In this document: one piece after another, positions 33,184 to 36,702 of the stretch
Layout: each line of letters opens with the position of its first letter
Numbering within the stretch: the first letter of the stretch is position 1
Source of the DNA: a virus
Virus record (IMG/VR): IMGVR_UViG_3300045988_049113
Coordinates: 1 to 36,702 of that record
Strand: one strand, 5' to 3'
Length of the DNA: 36,702 nt
Notes under the pieces: generated by a model
Told to the model about the DNA's origin: nothing
The model's database searches: none
Seen by the model: only the letters and a program-made list of their open reading frames with translations
Position numbers and translations under genes: made by a program

Positions 33184-34149
33184 ATGATTTCTACAAAAAT
33201 TAAAGACCTAAGAATTAAAAATGATATTACTCAAGAGCAATTGTCAAAAGAACTTAGTGTTGCAAAGAGTACAATAGGTATGTGGGAAAATGGTCGCAGA
33301 GAGCCGGACATTGATATGATTAAGAAAATTGCAAAATATTTCAAATGTCCTGTTTCGTCATTACTCGACGATAAAATTACCTTAAACTTCGTTCCTCACG
33401 AAATTGATGAAGATGATGCTTTGATAAAATGTCCTATATGCGATTATGAAATAACGCATTTTGAGGGAACTAAAACCATTTGTTTTGACAACCAAAAAAG
33501 CGATGGTATAGCACTTGAATTTTCTTGTGAAGACGGTCATAGGTTTTATCTTATAATAGAAAGTTTCAAAGGCAATTCTTATGCTGTTTTTGCTGATGAA
33601 ACTTGTTCAACATTTAAACCATTAAGTCATGTTTTTGAAAACACACCAATTTCATTAAGTAATTTATGGAATATTACCAATAATAAAAAATATCAATCTT
33701 TAGACGCTTTCGGCAAAAAAGCAGTTGATGGACTTCTTGACATTGAATACGATAGAGTATCAAAGTCTAAAAAACCCACTTTTATGTTTTCTCATTTTAG
33801 TGTTAATAAAGTATCTGCTGGTTGCGGCTATTCACTTGACGATCCTGATCAATGGAAATCTTTAAGAGTAATTGATAATGAAGTTGCACGAAGAGCAGAT
33901 TTTGCAGTTGAAATAGATGGTCATAGCATGGAACCGACCTATTCAGACGGAGATATTGTTTATATCGTGAAAACCAATGAAATTCCAAAAGGAAAAATAG
34001 GTTTATTTATTCAGAACGGAAAAGGTTACATAAAAGAAGCAGGGGATAACTGTTTAGTATCCCACAACAAAGAATATAAGAACATATATCCGTCAGACGG
34101 TGATATCGAATGCGTTGGCAGAGTTATAGGGGTAGCTGAGCCAGTATAG
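33184..34149 (+). CDS. CI-like repressor: XRE HTH + Cys/His-containing middle domain + S24 (LexA-like) autopeptidase
   Basis: The ATG at 33184 follows AAGGAG. The N-terminal HTH is ITQEQLSKELSVAKSTIGMWENGRREP. An Ala-Gly cleavage-site context (KVSAGCG) is present, with the catalytic Ser in GHSMEP and a downstream Lys (NGKGYIKE). At 321 aa it is long for this class. Confidence 0.85.
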   Translation: MISTKIKDLRIKNDITQEQLSKELSVAKSTIGMWENGRREPDIDMIKKIAKYFKCPVSSLLDDKITLNFVPHEIDEDDALIKCPICDYEITHFEGTKTICFDNQKSDGIALEFSCEDGHRFYLIIESFKGNSYAVFADETCSTFKPLSHVFENTPISLSNLWNITNNKKYQSLDAFGKKAVDGLLDIEYDRVSKSKKPTFMFSHFSVNKVSAGCGYSLDDPDQWKSLRVIDNEVARRADFAVEIDGHSMEPTYSDGDIVYIVKTNEIPKGKIGLFIQNGKGYIKEAGDNCLVSHNKEYKNIYPSDGDIECVGRVIGVAEPV

Positions 34150-34196
34150 TAATCTAAAAATTACCGCTAAGGTCGTGAAACGCTACCTTAGCGATG

Positions 34197-34295
34197 GTCG
34201 TCCTCTACATGAGGGCGTGGATTGAAATAGGAGAGGGGAAAATTCCCCAGTCCGAATATTTCGGTCGCCCTCTTCACGAGGGCGTGGATTGAAAA
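34197..34295 (+). CRISPR. Mini-CRISPR array: two 32-bp type I-C-like repeats flanking one 35-bp spacer, with no cas genes in the window
   Basis: R1 (34197-34228) is GTCGTCCTCTACATGAGGGCGTGGATTGAAAT. R2 (34264-34295) is GTCGCCCTCTTCACGAGGGCGTGGATTGAAAA. They match at 28 of 32 positions. Each has a 7-bp stem (CGYCCTC/GAGGGCG) and the GTGGATTGAAA tail typical of I-C repeats. The spacer (34229-34263) is AGGAGAGGGGAAAATTCCCCAGTCCGAATATTTCG. Confidence 0.8.
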
Positions 34296-34321
34296 AACGA
34301 AAGTAAAATTGCGTTGGTTGA

Positions 34322-34463
34322 TTTTGTGTCCCCGGGGACACAAAAAAACTGTACGGAATTTGTCGCCTCGGGGAGACAAATCGGAGTAAATGTTGAATCG
34401 ATTCAACAAATTGGGTAGACAAATAGCCCAGTCATCTGAAAAATTTGTGCAGACGTCTGCACA
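34322..34463. repeat. Cluster of four TGT...ACA palindromic hairpins (H1-H4)
   Basis: H1 (34322-34345) is TTTTGTGTCCCCGGGGACACAAAA. H2 (34358-34381) is ATTTGTCGCCTCGGGGAGACAAAT and is imperfect. H3 (34391-34408) is TGTTGAATCGATTCAACA. H4 (34446-34463) is TGTGCAGACGTCTGCACA. Confidence 0.85.
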
Positions 34464-34470
34464 TTTATAC

Positions 34471-34598
34471 GAGGGTGTTTCGGGTTGTTGCGGGTTTTCG
34501 GGTTTTTCTAACCTTTCATACGGAAAAAGAAAAAAATAAATATATATAAAAGGTATTGGAAAACGGCTCAAACCCGCAACACCCGCAACACCCACAAC
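34471..34598 (+). repeat. Long-stem element, copy X2 (divergent arms, conserved centre)
   Basis: Arms 34473-34497 and 34570-34593 form 23 bp with one bulge and one mismatch. The 64-nt centre (34503-34566) matches X3 at 62 of 64 positions. The arm sequence differs from X1 and X3 but remains self-complementary. Confidence 0.8.
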
Positions 34599-34625
34599 AA
34601 GATATTATTAAATACCAGAAGATTT

Positions 34626-34643
34626 TGTCCAATCGATTGGACA
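34626..34643. repeat. Palindromic hairpin H5 (TGTCCAATCGATTGGACA)
   Basis: A perfect 18-bp palindrome. Like H4, it is followed by TTT(A/G)TACGAGGGTG and an X element. Confidence 0.85.
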
Positions 34644-34650
34644 TTTGTAC

Positions 34651-34772
34651 GAGGGTGTATAGTGGTGTAGGGCTTAAGGGTTTTTCTAACCTTTCATACG
34701 GAAAATGAAAAAAATAAATATATATAAAAGGTGTTGGAAAACGGGCAAAACCCTTCACCACCTTACACCGAA
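34651..34772 (+). repeat. Long-stem element, copy X3
   Basis: Bases 34674-34772 are the perfect reverse complement of 22290-22388. The left arm is diverged, with 18 of 22 positions pairing. Confidence 0.85.
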
Positions 34773-34793
34773 CGACTATAAAATACCCGAAAG

Positions 34794-34817
34794 TTTTGTT
34801 CAGTCAACTGAACAAAA
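34794..34817. repeat. Palindromic hairpin H6 (TTTTGTTCAGTCAACTGAACAAAA)
   Basis: An 11-bp stem with a 2-nt centre. It shares the TTTGT...ACAAA termini of H1-H5. Confidence 0.8.
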
Positions 34818-34844
34818 AAAACTAAAATATTTTCCCTAAACCTC

Positions 34845-34873
34845 TTGACATACTGCTTGCAGTATGATATAAT
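34845..34873 (+). promoter_or_regulatory. Consensus promoter for the small-peptide/RHH/int operon
   Basis: TTGACA (34845-34850), a 17-nt spacer, then TGaTATAAT (TATAAT at 34868-34873). The spacer contains the palindrome TACTGCTTGCAGTA, a candidate operator. Confidence 0.75.
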
Positions 34874-34895
34874 ATATACAGGAGGTGAGGAAAAG

Positions 34896-35006
34896 ATGCC
34901 AAAGAGAAAAAAGAAAAAGGCTACCGCCATTGAGATAGCCGACATCGTAATCAAAGCAGTTGTTGCAGTCGCCGCTTTGATAACAGCAATCAGTCAATGG
35001 AAATAG
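34896..35006 (+). CDS. 36-aa membrane peptide (basic N-terminus plus one TM helix), not in the ORF track
   Basis: AGGAGGTGAGG lies 6 nt upstream of the ATG. The translation is MPKRKKKKATAIEIADIVIKAVVAVAALITAISQWK. Confidence 0.55.
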   Translation: MPKRKKKKATAIEIADIVIKAVVAVAALITAISQWK

Positions 35007-35081
35007 CCTGAACCTGAGGGGCGAAAGCTCCTCCCCCTTGTGGGGTACTTATATTATACCACAGTGAAAGGAGTTTTACAA

Positions 35082-35255
35082 GTGAAAAAAAGTGATATAT
35101 GGTTTCTCGTTCTCGCAGTATTTTTTATGCTTGATGTTGCTTCTGCGTGGAATATATGGATTAACATTTGCACTATAATCTGCGCAATTGTCGTACTGGC
35201 TGAATGTACCGTAAGATTGATAGGAGTGATAAGAAATGCCCGAAACAAAGCGTAA
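35082..35255 (+). CDS. Small two-TM membrane protein (57 aa)
   Basis: The GTG at 35082 lies 8 nt after AAAGGAG. The product is (M)KKSDIWFLVLAVFFMLDVASAWNIWINICTIICAIVVLAECTVRLIGVIRNARNKA. Confidence 0.5.
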   Translation: MKKSDIWFLVLAVFFMLDVASAWNIWINICTIICAIVVLAECTVRLIGVIRNARNKA

Positions 35256-35433
35256 GACCCACACATCAACGCAGGTGAAACAGAGATATAACGATAAAGT
35301 GTACACCGCCATGACGTTCCGTGTACCCAAAGAGCTTGCCGCAGAGTTCAAGCAGATCTGCACCGATAACAATATTTCACAGGCACAGATCATCAAGGAC
35401 GCTATGGCGGAGCTTGTGGAGAAGTATAAATAA
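35236..35433 (+). CDS. Ribbon-helix-helix (CopG/Arc-like) DNA-binding protein upstream of int (regulator or excision factor candidate)
   Basis: 65 aa. KVYTAMTFRVPKELAAEFKQICTDNNISQAQIIKDAMAELV fits a beta-strand-helix-helix layout. AGGAG lies upstream of the ATG. Confidence 0.55.
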   Translation: MPETKRKTHTSTQVKQRYNDKVYTAMTFRVPKELAAEFKQICTDNNISQAQIIKDAMAELVEKYK

Positions 35434-35482
35434 GCCCTTCCCCGCCGTAACAAGCGGGGAAAAAATTTAGGAGGTGTTTATT

Positions 35483-36568
35483 ATGAGAGCACGCAAAAAG
35501 GGCGACGGAAGTTTCAGAAAGCTTAAAACAGGCCAAATAGAATTGACCATAAGTGATGGCTATGATATTTTCGGAAAAAGATTACGTTACCGATTCTACG
35601 GATCTACGGAATCAGAATGCCGTAAGAAGTACAAAGAGTTTATCAAGAGCGGCGGAGAATCAAAGCGAGCAACCGACGACTATTCGCTGTCGGAATGGAT
35701 TCCTGTGTGGCTGGACACATACAAGAAAAACAACATACAGCGAAGCACGTTTGAAGAATATAAGTATCTCTTACAAAAAGTGAGCGATCATAAGATAGGC
35801 AAAATGAGTTTGAGTGACATCAAGCCCATCCATATTACCGATTTTTTTGCGAACCTTGATTACAGCCAAAGTATTCGGAAGCGGTTACGCTTTTTGTTAA
35901 ATGCCTTATTTGAGGACGCAGTAGACAACGATTATTGCACAAAGAATCCCGTTACAAGAGCGCAGATAGCCAAGAAGAAAGCAGGACAGAAGCAAAGTTA
36001 CACAGAGGAAGATACAATAGAAATCTTAAATTTTGCCAAAAACGACGATACTTTCGGGCTTCCGATAATCATTCTTTTGTCAACAGGAATACGCTCCGGC
36101 GAGCTGAGAGCTCTATCACCGGGAAAGTTTGATTTTAAACGTAGCTGTGTACTTATCGACAGTGCTGTTAAGCGTGATGGAACGATAGGCCCGCCAAAGA
36201 ACGGCAAGGAGCGAATAGTACCTATCAATAAGAATGTAATGGCTTTTATTGAAGAAAAAATCAACAGAGCTCAGAAGTACGTTATCGCTGATTACATTGT
36301 CACAGAATCAAGCCTGCGAAGCAGATATATGTGGTTCTTCGATCGTCTTAATAAGCAACTTGCGACTGACGGAAAGCAGCCTATAGAAGTTTTACCGCCG
36401 CATTCAACACGACACACATATAGCACGCTGATGCAGGCACGAGGAATGCCGACTGCCGTTGTATCGAAAATTCTCGGTCATCAGTCTTTAGAAGTAACCG
36501 GCGGTTACACACACATGGACGATTATAAGATACTTTCTGAAGCAGTTGACAAATACACAATGGCGTAA
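35483..36568 (+). CDS. int: Tyrosine recombinase / phage integrase
   Basis: The ATG at 35483 follows TAGGAGG. An N-terminal SAM-like core-binding region is present. Catalytic residues sit in GIRSGELRAL, HSTRHTYST and LGHQSLEVTGGYTH. The gene is adjacent to the att repeat. Confidence 0.9.
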   Translation: MRARKKGDGSFRKLKTGQIELTISDGYDIFGKRLRYRFYGSTESECRKKYKEFIKSGGESKRATDDYSLSEWIPVWLDTYKKNNIQRSTFEEYKYLLQKVSDHKIGKMSLSDIKPIHITDFFANLDYSQSIRKRLRFLLNALFEDAVDNDYCTKNPVTRAQIAKKKAGQKQSYTEEDTIEILNFAKNDDTFGLPIIILLSTGIRSGELRALSPGKFDFKRSCVLIDSAVKRDGTIGPPKNGKERIVPINKNVMAFIEEKINRAQKYVIADYIVTESSLRSRYMWFFDRLNKQLATDGKQPIEVLPPHSTRHTYSTLMQARGMPTAVVSKILGHQSLEVTGGYTHMDDYKILSEAVDKYTMA

Positions 36569-36581
36569 TTGTGGCGTAATC
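36553..36581 (+). promoter_or_regulatory. Candidate integrase arm-type sites (two GGCGTAAT copies)
   Basis: ATACACAATGGCGTAATT-GT-GGCGTAATC overlaps the int stop. The same motif and orientation occur at 113-129. Confidence 0.4.
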
Positions 36582-36650
36582 GCCAATTCCAACACAAAAT
36601 CCCCAAAAAAGAAAAACCCCCTCAATCGCAATGACAGAGAGGATTTACGC

Positions 36651-36702
36651 ATGGCTGGGATAGCGGGATTTGAACCCACGAGTGACGGAGTCAAAGTCCG
36701 TT
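36651..36702 (-). repeat. att core repeat (int-proximal)
   Basis: Identical to 1-52. The repeat may extend beyond the window edge. Confidence 0.85.
36652..36702 (-). tRNA. 3' portion of tRNA-Gln (anticodon UUG), truncated by the window edge
   Basis: The reverse complement reads: ACGGA-CTTTGAC-TCCGT (anticodon arm, TTG at positions 34-36), CACTC, GTGGG-TTCAAAT-CCCGC (T arm), TATCCCA, G, CCA. The segment AACGGACTTTGACTCCGT matches Firmicutes tRNA-Gln as I recall it. Confidence 0.75.

Larger units (their letters stand above)
1..36702. mobile_element. Complete integrated temperate tailed-phage genome (prophage), att repeat to att repeat
   Basis: Identical 52-bp direct repeats at both window ends. 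A tyrosine integrase sits next to the right repeat. Full lysis, tail, head, packaging, replication and CI/Cro modules lie between. Confidence 0.9.

Noticed and set aside
34296-34345. A third, degenerate CRISPR repeat after R2
   Set aside because: The sequence expected about 35 nt after R2 is the H1 palindrome. It shares neither the GTCG start nor the GTGGATTGAAA tail.
34466-34480. Similarity of ACGAGGGTGT at the start of X2 and X3 to the ACGAGGGCGT core of the CRISPR repeats
   Set aside because: Only 9 of 10 nt match, which is expected by chance once or twice in a window this size. The match is not kept in copy X1 (AGGAGGGTGA), and the partner strand of the repeat stem is missing.
34183-34761. 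Minus-strand ORFs of 79, 135 and 81 aa, plus a 49-aa plus-strand ORF starting at 34390, in the island
   Set aside because: They read straight through CRISPR repeats, palindromes and the X elements. This explains the recurring FARFPTPFIYIYFF and FVSPGTQ peptides. They have no SD sequences and are not conserved between the X2 and X3 copies.
34705-34780. Short ORF starting at the ATG in the centre of the X element (MKKINIYKRCW...)
   Set aside because: The ATG is AAG in copy X2, there is no SD, and the downstream reading frame differs between X1 and X3 after the repeat ends.
34322-34817. The palindromic hairpins as ordinary rho-independent terminators
   Set aside because: None is followed by a U tract on either strand. 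The T/A runs are part of the stems themselves.
1-36702. cas genes or other known defence operons (RM, Abi, TA with recognisable toxins) accompanying the CRISPR repeats
   Set aside because: Every ORF over 60 aa was read, and none shows Cas, nuclease-helicase defence or methyltransferase signatures. The array is orphan within this element.

Overview
The window is one complete integrated temperate tailed-phage genome of about 36.7 kb with siphovirus-type module order. It is cut exactly from att repeat to att repeat. Bases 1-52 and 36651-36702 are identical and equal the 3' half of a minus-strand tRNA-Gln(UUG). From left to right, mostly on the minus strand: a lysis cassette (M23/SH3 endolysin, holin); a tail module (1290-aa fibre with S74 chaperone, tape measure, G/T chaperones, major tail); head-tail joining and head genes (capsid, scaffold, a lipoprotein moron, a Mu-F/gp7-type minor head protein fused to an ADP-ribosyltransferase, portal); terminase; a block of small genes with a putative late regulator; a replication/recombination block (prim-pol/D5 helicase, DUF669-like, VRR-NUC, SF2 helicase, AAA_24, Gp157-like, ParB-like HTH, PcfJ/PcfK-like); a Cro/CI switch with two consensus divergent promoters; a roughly 750-bp ORF-free island; a small membrane-peptide/RHH operon; and a tyrosine integrase. 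The main finding lies in the ORF-free island just downstream of the CI-like repressor. It holds a two-repeat, one-spacer mini-CRISPR array with type I-C-like repeats and no cas genes. This is followed by a family of 18-24-bp TGT...ACA palindromes, one of which is copied inside the ParB-like gene. It is also followed by a roughly 125-nt long-stem element present three times in the phage. Two of those copies form a 99-bp perfect inverted repeat 12.3 kb apart, and the third has compensatory arm changes. Other notable items are a probable +1 G/T frameshift, 10-bp-phased repeats at a candidate late promoter or pac region upstream of terS, and a capsid-associated ART effector. All functional calls come from reading motifs in the translations and the DNA. 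No database search was run.
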